A stretch of 62,123 bases of DNA from a virus (lineage: Duplodnaviria > Caudoviricetes). The stretch lies in IMG/VR virus record IMGVR_UViG_3300020190_004289, positions 1 to 62,123 of that record. One strand, given 5' to 3'. A program made the position numbers and the translations under genes. Shown here piece after piece: positions 8,973-17,060 of the stretch. Position 1 is the stretch's first letter. Each line of letters begins with the position of its first letter. The notes under the pieces were generated by a model, which was not told the origin of the DNA, did not search any database, and worked only from the letters and a program-made list of their open reading frames with translations.

Positions 8973-9635
8973 TTGAACTTAAGAGTATTTAATCACATAA
9001 AGCATGATTTTCCAAAACTGGAACGCTCTACCAAGGATGGTGTACGAACTTACAAAACACCATCGGGTAGAGCCTATCCATCCGTCACAACCGTTACATC
9101 TCTGCTTAGCAAAGATTCCATCAAGGAGTGGAGAGAGAAGGTTGGAGCAGAAGAAGCAAATAAAATCACAGCCAACGCCTCTAGAAGAGGAACAAGAATT
9201 CACGGTATATGTGAAGACTATCTCTCAAACGAAACATACACAGTTACTTTTGAAGACAAACAGCTCTGGAAAGACATTAAACCTTTTATTGATAGCATAG
9301 ATAATATACATGCTTTAGAAAGTTCATTGTATTCCGATCATTTAGAAGTAGCTGGAACAGTTGATTGTATTGCTGAGTATGAGGGTGAATTGTCTGTAAT
9401 AGATTTTAAAACTTCTGCTAAGAAAAAAGAAAAGGAATGGATTTCAAACTATTTTATGCAATGCTCTGCTTATGCGGTAGCCTTTGAGGAACTAACTAAA
9501 ATTTCCGTATCGAACATAATTATTATTATGGGTGTAGATCACGAAGGTGGGTTTGTATTCAAAGAATCTAGGGATAATTGGATAGATAAATTTAAGGACC
9601 TTAGAAAGCAGTATAAAGCCGCGTATAACGTATAA
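8973..9635 (+). CDS. PD-(D/E)XK exonuclease
   Basis: YPSVTTV, RGTRIH, AGTVDCIAE, IDFKTS and YFMQCSAY. Confidence 0.9.
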   Translation: MNLRVFNHIKHDFPKLERSTKDGVRTYKTPSGRAYPSVTTVTSLLSKDSIKEWREKVGAEEANKITANASRRGTRIHGICEDYLSNETYTVTFEDKQLWKDIKPFIDSIDNIHALESSLYSDHLEVAGTVDCIAEYEGELSVIDFKTSAKKKEKEWISNYFMQCSAYAVAFEELTKISVSNIIIIMGVDHEGGFVFKESRDNWIDKFKDLRKQYKAAYNV

Positions 9636-9642
9636 AGTAACG

Positions 9643-9671
9643 TTGACATAAATAAATAAATTAGTTATAAT
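9643..9671 (+). promoter_or_regulatory. Consensus sigma70 promoter for the tmRNA gene
   Basis: Exact TTGACA-17 nt-TATAAT; the spacer also contains the late-type ATAAATA. Confidence 0.9.
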
Positions 9672-9677
9672 AATAAT

Positions 9678-9997
9678 ATGATCGTATGAAGTTTATTGAA
9701 AGGTGTTCTGGACGGGGGTGCGAATCCCCCCACCTCCACCAAAAGCATATTTGCAGACCGTGCCACTCCTAGTTAAGGTAAGTACTGCAGGACGGAGTAT
9801 GCTTCTGATGGGGGTGAATAGTTTCGACAGGGCAATGAGTAGAGAGATGGACGATCCGGCAATGTGAAAGCCGTAGGGTTGAGACTTCTCGGCCAAAGAA
9901 ACAAAACGTTAAACGCAAACGACGAAAGATTTGCACTGGCTGCCTAAGCGGCATGTCGGAGTTTTTCTGGTTGAACTTGGCAACAGAATCAACCAGA
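9678..9997 (+). ncRNA. ssrA: Circularly permuted (two-piece) tmRNA; outer ends approximate
   Basis: The acceptor piece comes first: T-arm GGGGG-TGCGAAT-CCCCC and CACCTCC-A-CCA, ending at 9741. An intervening segment spans 9742-9809. The 5' acceptor strand GGGGGTG (9810-9816) gives a G3-U70 pair. The tag ORF 9915-9947 reads ANDERFALAA*, and a terminal hairpin spans 9966-9997. Confidence 0.93.
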
Positions 9998-10121
9998 TCA
10001 AATTAGTAAGTCTTTGCCTGGTAGCTATCTCCCAAACCATTTAATAGGTTGGCTTAGATAGTTTTGATGGTGACGAGCTGATGTGGAGTAGTTAACTTTT
10101 ATTTAAAACTAAGGAAATAAA

Positions 10122-10253
10122 ATGAAATCAATTATCGCCGCTGTAGTCGCTTCTACTTTTACCATTGCAGCTTTTGCTCAGGCTCCTGCTAAGCCGGCTG
10201 AGAAAAAAGATGCTCCGAAAGCTGAAGTCAAGAAAGACGAAAAGAAGAAGTAA
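10122..10253 (+). CDS. Small secreted Lys/Ala/Pro-rich peptide (43 aa, not in ORF track)
   Basis: MKSIIAAVVASTFTIAAFA-QAPAKPAEKKDAPKAEVKKDEKKK, with an AAGGA SD and a Sec-type A-x-A cleavage site. Confidence 0.85.
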   Translation: MKSIIAAVVASTFTIAAFAQAPAKPAEKKDAPKAEVKKDEKKK

Positions 10254-10258
10254 TTTAT

Positions 10259-10291
10259 AAGGTTTGGGTGGACCTTAAAACCACCCACCTT
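10259..10291 (+). other. Intergenic hairpin (terminator or processing element)
   Basis: TGGGTGG/CCACCCA stem with AAGG/CCTT extension; poor U-tract. Confidence 0.45.
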
Positions 10292-10319
10292 TACACACAT
10301 ACACAAAGGAGAAGTAAAC

Positions 10320-10589
10320 ATGAGTAATATGACACCGTTCGAGATTCGCCTTGAACTGTTAAAAATGGCGCAAACAATGCTGGAGCAAGATTATTATGGT
10401 AAACGTGAACTCATTGGTAATGACTGGCAAGTGAAAGTAGAAAACGCCAGGCATGCAGGCCAAGTACCTCCAGACCATCCTGGCTTTCCAGCCTACCCTT
10501 CTGAAGCTGAAATTATTACAAAGGCTCAAACTTTAAATGGCTTCGTTTCTCAAATTCCTGTAGATCAAAAGACTACAACCAAGAAGTAA
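10320..10589 (+). CDS. Conserved T4-like hypothetical protein
   Basis: MTPFEIRLELLKMA...YPSEAEIITKAQTLNGFVS; strong AAGGAG SD. Confidence 0.85.
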   Translation: MSNMTPFEIRLELLKMAQTMLEQDYYGKRELIGNDWQVKVENARHAGQVPPDHPGFPAYPSEAEIITKAQTLNGFVSQIPVDQKTTTKK

Positions 10590-10641
10590 TCTAACGACAA
10601 GGGGATGGCTTAACCGCCATCTCCCCTAAGAAGGAGAACAA

Positions 10642-11175
10642 ATGGTAATCAACCTAATAAGATTGTTAGTTATTTTATTAGCGGTATTTTTTGTATCATC
10701 GATGTATAACCTTAAAACTAATGAACTTAAAAGAGTCAATAGTGGTAGTTTCTTTTCCTTCTCAGAAAGGGAACGGCATTTAAAATGTTTAGCAGACAAT
10801 ATTTACTTCGAAGCTGGTTATGAGTCTTTCGAGGGTAAGGTTGCAGTTGCTCAGGTTACATTAAACAGAGCTTCTCACGGTTCATTTTGGCCAACCGACA
10901 TTTGTGAGGTTGTTTATCAGAAGAACGTAATTTATTCTAAAGTTATTTGTCAGTTTTCTTGGTATTGTGAGATTGGACCAAAAACGAGAGAAATAAACAA
11001 TAAGGCATACCAAGAATCCTTGATAGCAGCTAAGCAAGTTCTTTTTGAGGGTTTTAGACTTCCTTCGATTAAAAACGCTTACTACTACCATGCTGACTAT
11101 GTAAGTCCAAATTGGAATAAACCAAGAATAACAAAGATAGGTCGCCATATATTTTACGGGGATAAAAAATTATGA
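10642..11175 (+). CDS. SleB/Hydrolase_2 family cell-wall hydrolase with N-terminal TM anchor
   Basis: CLADNIYFEAGYE, VAQVTLNR, CQFSW, YYHADYVSPNW and IGRHIFY. Confidence 0.92.
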   Translation: MVINLIRLLVILLAVFFVSSMYNLKTNELKRVNSGSFFSFSERERHLKCLADNIYFEAGYESFEGKVAVAQVTLNRASHGSFWPTDICEVVYQKNVIYSKVICQFSWYCEIGPKTREINNKAYQESLIAAKQVLFEGFRLPSIKNAYYYHADYVSPNWNKPRITKIGRHIFYGDKKL

Positions 11176-11483
11176 AACTTAATGAAATAAAATTAAATAA
11201 TTTAAGGGAAAAAATGCTCCAGGTGGGTAAGAATTGGAATGTGGCTACCTTAGAGTGGTTTTCTATTTTACTTCTCCATGCTGCATTTGTTCCTACATAT
11301 CTTTCTGTGTGGTCAGGTCTTTCTGATAGATTACCATCATTAGATGTAGCATTAATTGTATGGACTTCTATGTTGCTACTTTTCCTAAGATCGGTTATAC
11401 TAAAAGATACACTTAATATTGTAACAATTGGATTAGGTTTTGTAGTTCAAATTTATTTTTTAGGGTTTATATTTTTTAGATGA
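11172..11483 (+). CDS. Small membrane protein (about 3 TM)
   Basis: Hydrophobic segments; overlaps its neighbours by 4 nt. Confidence 0.7.
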   Translation: MKLNEIKLNNLREKMLQVGKNWNVATLEWFSILLLHAAFVPTYLSVWSGLSDRLPSLDVALIVWTSMLLLFLRSVILKDTLNIVTIGLGFVVQIYFLGFIFFR

Positions 11484-11734
11484 ATGAAGAATTAAATAAT
11501 AGCATTTTAATTACTAGACGTTTTAGGTCTCCTAGTGAATTTTCCTTATACATTGAAGAAAGAGTTCTAAAAGAGAAAATTAGTTACATGGATGCTATAA
11601 TTGATTACTGTACTACAAACGATGTAGATCTAGAAAGTATTGGAAGCTTAGTTACTACATCACTAAAAGAAAAGGTTCAATTGGAAGCTGAAGAGGCAAA
11701 TATGCTTAAGCCTCGTGGTAAACTTCCTCTATGA
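11480..11734 (+). CDS. gp33: Late transcription coactivator gp33
   Basis: FSLYIE...SYMDAIIDYC...SLKEKVQLEAEEANML; directly upstream of gp59. Confidence 0.9.
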   Translation: MNEELNNSILITRRFRSPSEFSLYIEERVLKEKISYMDAIIDYCTTNDVDLESIGSLVTTSLKEKVQLEAEEANMLKPRGKLPL

Positions 11735-12339
11735 CTATGGAACCTTATGATGTTTACAAAGCGTACCTATCCCTGAGACTTCATTTTACAACAGACAATT
11801 ACGACGTAATAAAACAACAGGGAAGAGTAAAAGCTTCAAAACAATCTTTTTTTAAAAGAAGAGATTTGTTTTCAATTAAAAAAATATCAGAACTTTACAC
11901 CGATAAAGAGGTGGTAGATTTTTTGGTAGCAAATTTTGTATCAGGAGATAGGTGGGGAGGGGTGTTTGACCATGATGCAAAAGAAACTTATTTACACTGG
12001 AAAAAAAGAATTGAGTCTATGTCTTATACATTTGAAAAAGAAATAGACAATATGATAAATCACGCTGAAAGGAATAATTTAACCTTTTCTCAAATTTTTA
12101 GTGTGGCTAAAAACAGTCATCCAGAAATACTTAAACTTTATTTAAAGGGTTCAGTTTCCATAGAAACTTTAGTGGTTTTAAATAAGCTAAATAACTATGT
12201 AGAACAGTTAGATTCGTTATTAGATAAGGATGTTATTTGGCCTGATGTATCTAGAATAATTAAAAAGTATTCTCCTTTCCTTTCAATAAACAAAGAAAAG
12301 TATGACAATATCGTTAGAAGAAGAATTGGATGTAACTAA
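11731..12339 (+). CDS. gp59: Helicase loader gp59
   Basis: YKAYLSLRLHFTTDNYD, FLVANF, SIETLVVL and KYSPFL. Confidence 0.92.
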   Translation: MTMEPYDVYKAYLSLRLHFTTDNYDVIKQQGRVKASKQSFFKRRDLFSIKKISELYTDKEVVDFLVANFVSGDRWGGVFDHDAKETYLHWKKRIESMSYTFEKEIDNMINHAERNNLTFSQIFSVAKNSHPEILKLYLKGSVSIETLVVLNKLNNYVEQLDSLLDKDVIWPDVSRIIKKYSPFLSINKEKYDNIVRRRIGCN

Positions 12340-12526
12340 CAATAGATTAGCTGAATTAGAAAAAAATATAATGATTATACAAGATAGCATTTTAACATTA
12401 GCTGAACAAGTAAAAGAGTCACAAAGGTATATTATTAAATTAGCTCACAATCAATCTATTGTTACAAAAAGAATTTCACAATGGCCTTTTATTGCTGTAC
12501 CATCTAATGAAGGGGATGAGGTATAA
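12302..12526 (+). CDS. Hypothetical coiled-coil protein
   Basis: 74-aa ORF; start uncertain. Confidence 0.65.
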   Translation: MTISLEEELDVTNNRLAELEKNIMIIQDSILTLAEQVKESQRYIIKLAHNQSIVTKRISQWPFIAVPSNEGDEV

Positions 12527-12535
12527 TTTTCAGAT

Positions 12536-12709
12536 ATGAAGCGCTTTAAAGAACTTGATTTTGATCGTGAAAAGAAATTCCACAAAGTTGTAAAAAGTAA
12601 TAAGGTTGACAAACACCGGAAAACAATTTATAATTATCTTGATGAGAAAATAGATGATGAAAGTGATGAGGAATTACTAGATGACGTCGACAATACTAAT
12701 ACACGTTAA
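12536..12709 (+). CDS. Small hypothetical protein (57 aa, not in ORF track)
   Basis: Manual translation MKRFKELDFDREKKFHK...DDESDEELLDDVDNTNTR; it contains the gp32 promoter. Confidence 0.55.
   Translation: MKRFKELDFDREKKFHKVVKSNKVDKHRKTIYNYLDEKIDDESDEELLDDVDNTNTR
12606..12634 (+). promoter_or_regulatory. Consensus sigma70 promoter for gp32
   Basis: Exact TTGACA-17 nt-TATAAT. Confidence 0.85.
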
Positions 12710-12742
12710 TACTTTTCAATACATTTTATACGGAGAACAATA

Positions 12743-13642
12743 ATGGCTATGGACTTTTCTGCCCTCAAAAAAAATCGTGGTAACTTTGATTCCTTAATGA
12801 AGGAAGTCGAAAAGATTGCTACCCCTCAAGTTGAAAACTCACAAAAGGACGATCGGTTTTGGCAACCAGAAGTTGACAAAGCTGGAAACGGTTACGCTGT
12901 AATCAGATTTCTACCTCCTCCTAAAGGAGAAGATCTTCCGTGGGTTAGAATTTGGAATCATGCTTTTCAAGGTCCCACTGGTAAGTGGTATATTGAAAAC
13001 TCTCTAACTACACTAAGCAAACAAGATCCAGTTTCAGAACTTAATACTGAACTGTGGAACTCTGGTAGCGAAGACAATAGAAACATTGCACGTAAACAAA
13101 AGAGAAAGCTTACCTACATTTCTAACGTTTATATTGTAAAAGATCCAGCACATCCTGAAAACGAAGGTAAGACTTTCTTATTTAAGTTTGGTAAAAAGAT
13201 TTTTGATAAAATCAAAGACGTAATGCAGCCTACTTACGAGGATGAAGAAGCTATTAATCCTTTTGATTTTTGGAAAGGTGCAAACTTTAAACTGAAGATT
13301 CGTAATCTAGAAGGTTATCGTAATTACGACAAGTCTGAGTTTGATAGTATTGAACCACTATCAAGTGACGATGATGAGTTGGAAGGTATTTGGAAGAAGC
13401 AACACTCTTTACAAGAGTTTCTCGATCCTAAGCATTTTAAATCTTACGAAGAACTCAAGAGCAAGCTAGAGCAAGTCCTCTCTGCATCTGGTGCTTCTAT
13501 CTCTCGTGCAGATGAGGTAGATTTGCAAGAACAAAAACCTTCTAAGCCAGCTACTGCAGTAAAACGTAAGAACAATGATATTAATTTGGACGATGAAGAC
13601 GAATCTTTGTCCTACTTTGCTAAGCTAGCAAACGAAGACTAA
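12743..13642 (+). CDS. gp32: Single-stranded DNA-binding protein gp32
   Basis: DDRFW...DKAGNGYAVIRFLP, FKFGKKIFDKI, NYDKSEF and an acidic tail. Confidence 0.97.
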   Translation: MAMDFSALKKNRGNFDSLMKEVEKIATPQVENSQKDDRFWQPEVDKAGNGYAVIRFLPPPKGEDLPWVRIWNHAFQGPTGKWYIENSLTTLSKQDPVSELNTELWNSGSEDNRNIARKQKRKLTYISNVYIVKDPAHPENEGKTFLFKFGKKIFDKIKDVMQPTYEDEEAINPFDFWKGANFKLKIRNLEGYRNYDKSEFDSIEPLSSDDDELEGIWKKQHSLQEFLDPKHFKSYEELKSKLEQVLSASGASISRADEVDLQEQKPSKPATAVKRKNNDINLDDEDESLSYFAKLANED

Positions 13643-15447
13643 TAAGTACTTACTCTTCCAATATAGTTGTCTAACGCGGATCCCCGATTGTTTGGTCGGG
13701 GATCTGCTTTTATGGGGATATAGTTATTAGTGCTTGTGTTAGTGACGTTATTAGAAACAATGGGTTGAGTACTTCCTTTGGAAGTAGAAATTTCATCCCT
13801 TAAAGATTGATTTTCTACAGACGTTTGTGCCACATCAGAAATAGATGTAGGCGCTGGTGAAACTGATGCTTGATTATAAACTGCCTCTCCCCTACTTCTT
13901 TGTTTTTCATCCATCTCTTTCATATATTTTTCTTCAACGGGCGTTAACGGCCCTACATCTTCCCCTCTTAAATGTTGGCGTACTTTAGCTCGTATTTTGC
14001 CTTCTTCAGAGTTAGGATCTACTTTATCATTATAAACAAACTTATTGTCTGCAGTACCGGTTGTGGAGGACTCAGCTGGGGTACTACCGGTCACAGCAGT
14101 TGTAGGTGTTGTAGTGGGTTTTGCAGAAGATCCAATTCGTGGCGCTTCACTGCTACTATCTAATGCTGCTTCAGTAACTGAAGACCCGGCTCCCTTAGCT
14201 GATACTGCTTCAGTAACTGAAGACCCGGCTCCCTCAAATCCCTTACCCTGATTATAAACTGCTTCACCACCGCTTCTATTTTTTTCATTCCACCGGTCGG
14301 CGTAAGCTTGTTCTAAAGGCGTTAATGGTCCTACATCTTCCCCTCTCATTGATTGACGTACTTTAGATCTTATTTTACCTTCTTCAGAGTCTTTACCTGC
14401 TGTATCGTTAAATTTAAACTTGCTTAGTTTTGCTTCAACTTCAGGAGATGCTTTTTTAGATGCCGAAGGGGTATCAGAAGCTGTACCAGCTGCAGCAGGA
14501 GCAGCAGACGCTGCAATTGCACCACCAATCTTTGTGGCTGGTGTAGGAGCAGTAGAAGCAGGTTGTGTAGCTGGTGCAGGAGCAGTAGAAGCAGGTTTAG
14601 GTGAAAGAAAAGTGCTCTGAAATAAGTCATCTTCTTTTGATAGACCAGAGCCTGCAGCTTCTTCTATTGATGCTGATCCAGACTGAAGCCTTTGATCCAT
14701 GTCTGCTTTCTTAACAGCAGCTTCATCTTTTGTTTCTGCTATTTGACTTTCTTTTTTAAATCCAAGGTACGCAAGACCTCCAACTAATCCAACAGCAGCA
14801 GCTCCAGCTGCTACACCTCCAACTGCCCCCATTCCTAGTTTTGAGCCAGTACTAGCAGCTTTACCTACTGTTGATGCTTTACCTGCTTTACCTATTTTTC
14901 CAGGAAGATCGGGTAGGGAAGGTGATCCACCACTACCAGAAGATTTATCTTCTGTAGTCTGATTTAATTTTTTAAGTTCTTTAAGTATTTCTTTTTGAGT
15001 CTCACTAGTCTCTTCAGCTGTTTTTAATTGATCTATTTCTACTTGCTTGGGTTGGTTTAAGGCATCCTTGGCCTCTAAAGTTTCTGCTGAACTCATAACT
15101 GGAGCAGCATCCGGCTTAGTGTAATAGTTTGATTTTACCGATTCCTTTACACCTTTACCAAAACTTTTAATACTACCAAAAAAAGATTTAAGTTCATCCT
15201 TTAAAGTAATTTCTTTTTCTTCTTCGTTAGGACTATCTCTCCCACCCCCTTCTTTTTTACTTCTATTGCTTTTACCCAAAGATTCATGAATTTTCTTTAA
15301 ATTTTCATTTATACTTTCTAAAAGCTTAGTTTGTTTTTCTCTAACCTCTTTTGCCTTAGATTCTTGATCCAAAGCATTAATGCTCTTTTTTGAGAGGTCA
15401 GATATTGCACTTTTAAATTCGTCGCTGCCTGGAGTAATTATAGCCAT
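13639..15447 (-). CDS. Low-complexity tail protein in the tape-measure/hub (gp29-like) position
   Basis: Follows gp26 and gp51. It has a coiled-coil N-terminus, a Gly/Ala hydrophobic stretch and Ala/Pro/Thr linkers, with a duplicated module of about 58 aa. Function is inferred from synteny only. Confidence 0.55.
   Translation of the reverse strand: MAIITPGSDEFKSAISDLSKKSINALDQESKAKEVREKQTKLLESINENLKKIHESLGKSNRSKKEGGGRDSPNEEEKEITLKDELKSFFGSIKSFGKGVKESVKSNYYTKPDAAPVMSSAETLEAKDALNQPKQVEIDQLKTAEETSETQKEILKELKKLNQTTEDKSSGSGGSPSLPDLPGKIGKAGKASTVGKAASTGSKLGMGAVGGVAAGAAAVGLVGGLAYLGFKKESQIAETKDEAAVKKADMDQRLQSGSASIEEAAGSGLSKEDDLFQSTFLSPKPASTAPAPATQPASTAPTPATKIGGAIAASAAPAAAGTASDTPSASKKASPEVEAKLSKFKFNDTAGKDSEEGKIRSKVRQSMRGEDVGPLTPLEQAYADRWNEKNRSGGEAVYNQGKGFEGAGSSVTEAVSAKGAGSSVTEAALDSSSEAPRIGSSAKPTTTPTTAVTGSTPAESSTTGTADNKFVYNDKVDPNSEEGKIRAKVRQHLRGEDVGPLTPVEEKYMKEMDEKQRSRGEAVYNQASVSPAPTSISDVAQTSVENQSLRDEISTSKGSTQPIVSNNVTNTSTNNYIPIKADPRPNNRGSALDNYIGRVSTY
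14166..14234. repeat. 30-nt direct repeat x2 (39-nt period) within CDS
   Basis: CTGCTTCAGTAACTGAAGACCCGGCTCCCT at 14166 and 14205; encodes GAGSSVTEA twice. Confidence 0.85.
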
Positions 15448-15606
15448 TTAAATATGCTTTGAGTTTTGTTTTAAAATTTTAAGTCTTTCGTTTTCGTTCT
15501 TTACAAAATCTACCAACATTGTAATATAAACTTCCCTTTCCCAAGGCATCATATTTTCTATTTCAGTTAATGAATATTTGTGATGTTGCATTAACGAAAA
15601 ATTCAT
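15448..15606 (-). CDS. gp51: gp51-like baseplate hub assembly segment (52 aa from ATG; frame open upstream into the end of gp26)
   Basis: Manual translation MNFSLMQHHKYSLTEIENMMPWEREVYITML... Confidence 0.85.
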   Translation of the reverse strand: MNFSLMQHHKYSLTEIENMMPWEREVYITMLVDFVKNENERLKILKQNSKHI

Positions 15607-15641
15607 ACTAAAATAGTTAATTAAACTTTCCTGAGAAAGGG

Positions 15642-16340
15642 TTAGACGAAAAAATTTTGCAGTCCTTCTATTCGTGAAGTATTATGATGTCCACACTTAG
15701 GACAATCCGATTCTACTTCTTGTACTATTTTTGGAGACGTAATAAAAAACTGCTCTATTTTTTCAAACTGCTCCTTAGTTAAACTGTTTATAAAAATATC
15801 TAAATCTTCTTCAGACTGTTCATCTATATCCCAATACTGATCTTCTTGAAACACTCCTTTAACACACTTTTTAACCATTTTAAATACTTCTTCTGTGTTA
15901 TCTGATTCGTAAATTTTTACTACAGAATCAAACTTTGGATATCTCATATGTACACCAACACTATTATTAATCATAATTTTATTAGTGTGGTTATCTTTTT
16001 TTTCTACCTTTAAATTTTCAATATTAAAATTAGAATCGTAGTTCTCTTTACAGTTAGCACAAGTAATCACCACTTCAACTTTTTCACTAATAGACTTTGC
16101 TCTTAGTTGCATAAAAATGTATTCAACATCAAAGTGAGTAAGTTCTTTAGTATTTAACTTTTGAAACGTACACACATCTACTATTTCGTTTACAATCCTA
16201 ATTACTTCGTCTTCGCTTGCTTCAGCCATAGTAAGTAAAACTTTATGCTCTTTAACTAAAAATGGCCTAAATCTTACTGGCTTATCGGTTGAAGGTAAAA
16301 TTAATTCATAAGTTGGTACTTCAAGAATTGGTAAAGGCAT
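15642..16340 (-). CDS. gp26: Baseplate hub assembly chaperone gp26
   Basis: MPLPILEVPTYEL...FRPFLVKE, LRAKSISE, two CxxC motifs and terminal GLQNFF. Confidence 0.9.
   Translation of the reverse strand: MPLPILEVPTYELILPSTDKPVRFRPFLVKEHKVLLTMAEASEDEVIRIVNEIVDVCTFQKLNTKELTHFDVEYIFMQLRAKSISEKVEVVITCANCKENYDSNFNIENLKVEKKDNHTNKIMINNSVGVHMRYPKFDSVVKIYESDNTEEVFKMVKKCVKGVFQEDQYWDIDEQSEEDLDIFINSLTKEQFEKIEQFFITSPKIVQEVESDCPKCGHHNTSRIEGLQNFFV
15648..15654 (-). promoter_or_regulatory. Candidate -1 slippery heptamer T_TTT_TTC joining gp26 to the gp51 segment
   Basis: AAT TTT TTC GTC TAA; the -1 frame runs without a stop into the gp51 ORF. Confidence 0.6.
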
Positions 16341-16355
16341 AATATCTCCATAAAA

Positions 16356-17060
16356 TTAAGGCGACAGAGGAAAGTTACTTCCTTGATCTGCTCCAGTTCC
16401 ACCTGGGTTGTTATCTGAACTCCACGAAAAAGAGGCAAAGTTTCTCACGGGAGTGTTCGTAGAGAGGTTTGGTACAATAGAAGGAGAGACTAAAGGTATT
16501 CCTTTCTTGCGAGCAGATAAATCTGTTCTTCTCCACAAACGATATGCAAAAATAATATTTAATCTGTGTGTTTGGTTTTGAGAAGCTTGATTTAAATCCA
16601 TTAAGTTCATACTACGAGGAAAAGCTTCTAACAAATCTACTCCGTATGTTATTTGATCTCTTTCGTCTAACTGATTAATAGTTATTTCACTTCTATAGTC
16701 TTCTTGAAATCTAACTTCAAAGGAATCTCTATCTATAATAGTTTCCATCCAATCATCAAAAAATTTTTTTACTTTCATTTCTCTATCAACATGAAAAGTC
16801 ATGCTTATTCCGTCCCCACCATATTCAGATCCGATTGGTCTTTGCTCTGAAGGACCAGAAGCTATCTTCAAAGGTCTTACAGATAAATTTAAAGGGGGAA
16901 AGTTGGAAATTTCTGCAAATAAACTTACAAGTCTAGAATTTTCTGAGTTTACGCTTCCTCCAATTCTGGGAGGTTTAATTAAAACTTCAAATCTATTAGA
17001 TCTAGCTAAACCTCTAGACTTTACTTGAGCTTGAAAGTTGGCTAAACTGAATGTGGCCAT
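16356..17060 (-). CDS. gp54: Tail tube initiator (gp54/gp19-fold)
   Basis: GLARSNRFEV, FFDDW and LLEAFP; position next to gp2 and gp26. Confidence 0.75.
   Translation of the reverse strand: MATFSLANFQAQVKSRGLARSNRFEVLIKPPRIGGSVNSENSRLVSLFAEISNFPPLNLSVRPLKIASGPSEQRPIGSEYGGDGISMTFHVDREMKVKKFFDDWMETIIDRDSFEVRFQEDYRSEITINQLDERDQITYGVDLLEAFPRSMNLMDLNQASQNQTHRLNIIFAYRLWRRTDLSARKKGIPLVSPSIVPNLSTNTPVRNFASFSWSSDNNPGGTGADQGSNFPLSP

Noticed and set aside
8973-9635. Exonuclease as a Cas4/CRISPR component
   Set aside because: It lacks the four-Cys Fe-S motif, has no array, and sits in the usual T4-like position after phoH.
9705-9741. tRNA gene or attachment-site remnant
   Set aside because: There is no anticodon arm; it is fully explained as the acceptor piece of the permuted tmRNA.
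9693-9954. Minus-strand ORFs 9693-9896 and 9769-9954
   Set aside because: They are antisense shadows of the tmRNA.
14166-14234. Palindrome-containing 30-nt direct repeat resembling a mini-CRISPR
   Set aside because: There are only two copies with a 9-nt spacer, in frame inside a CDS, and no cas genes.
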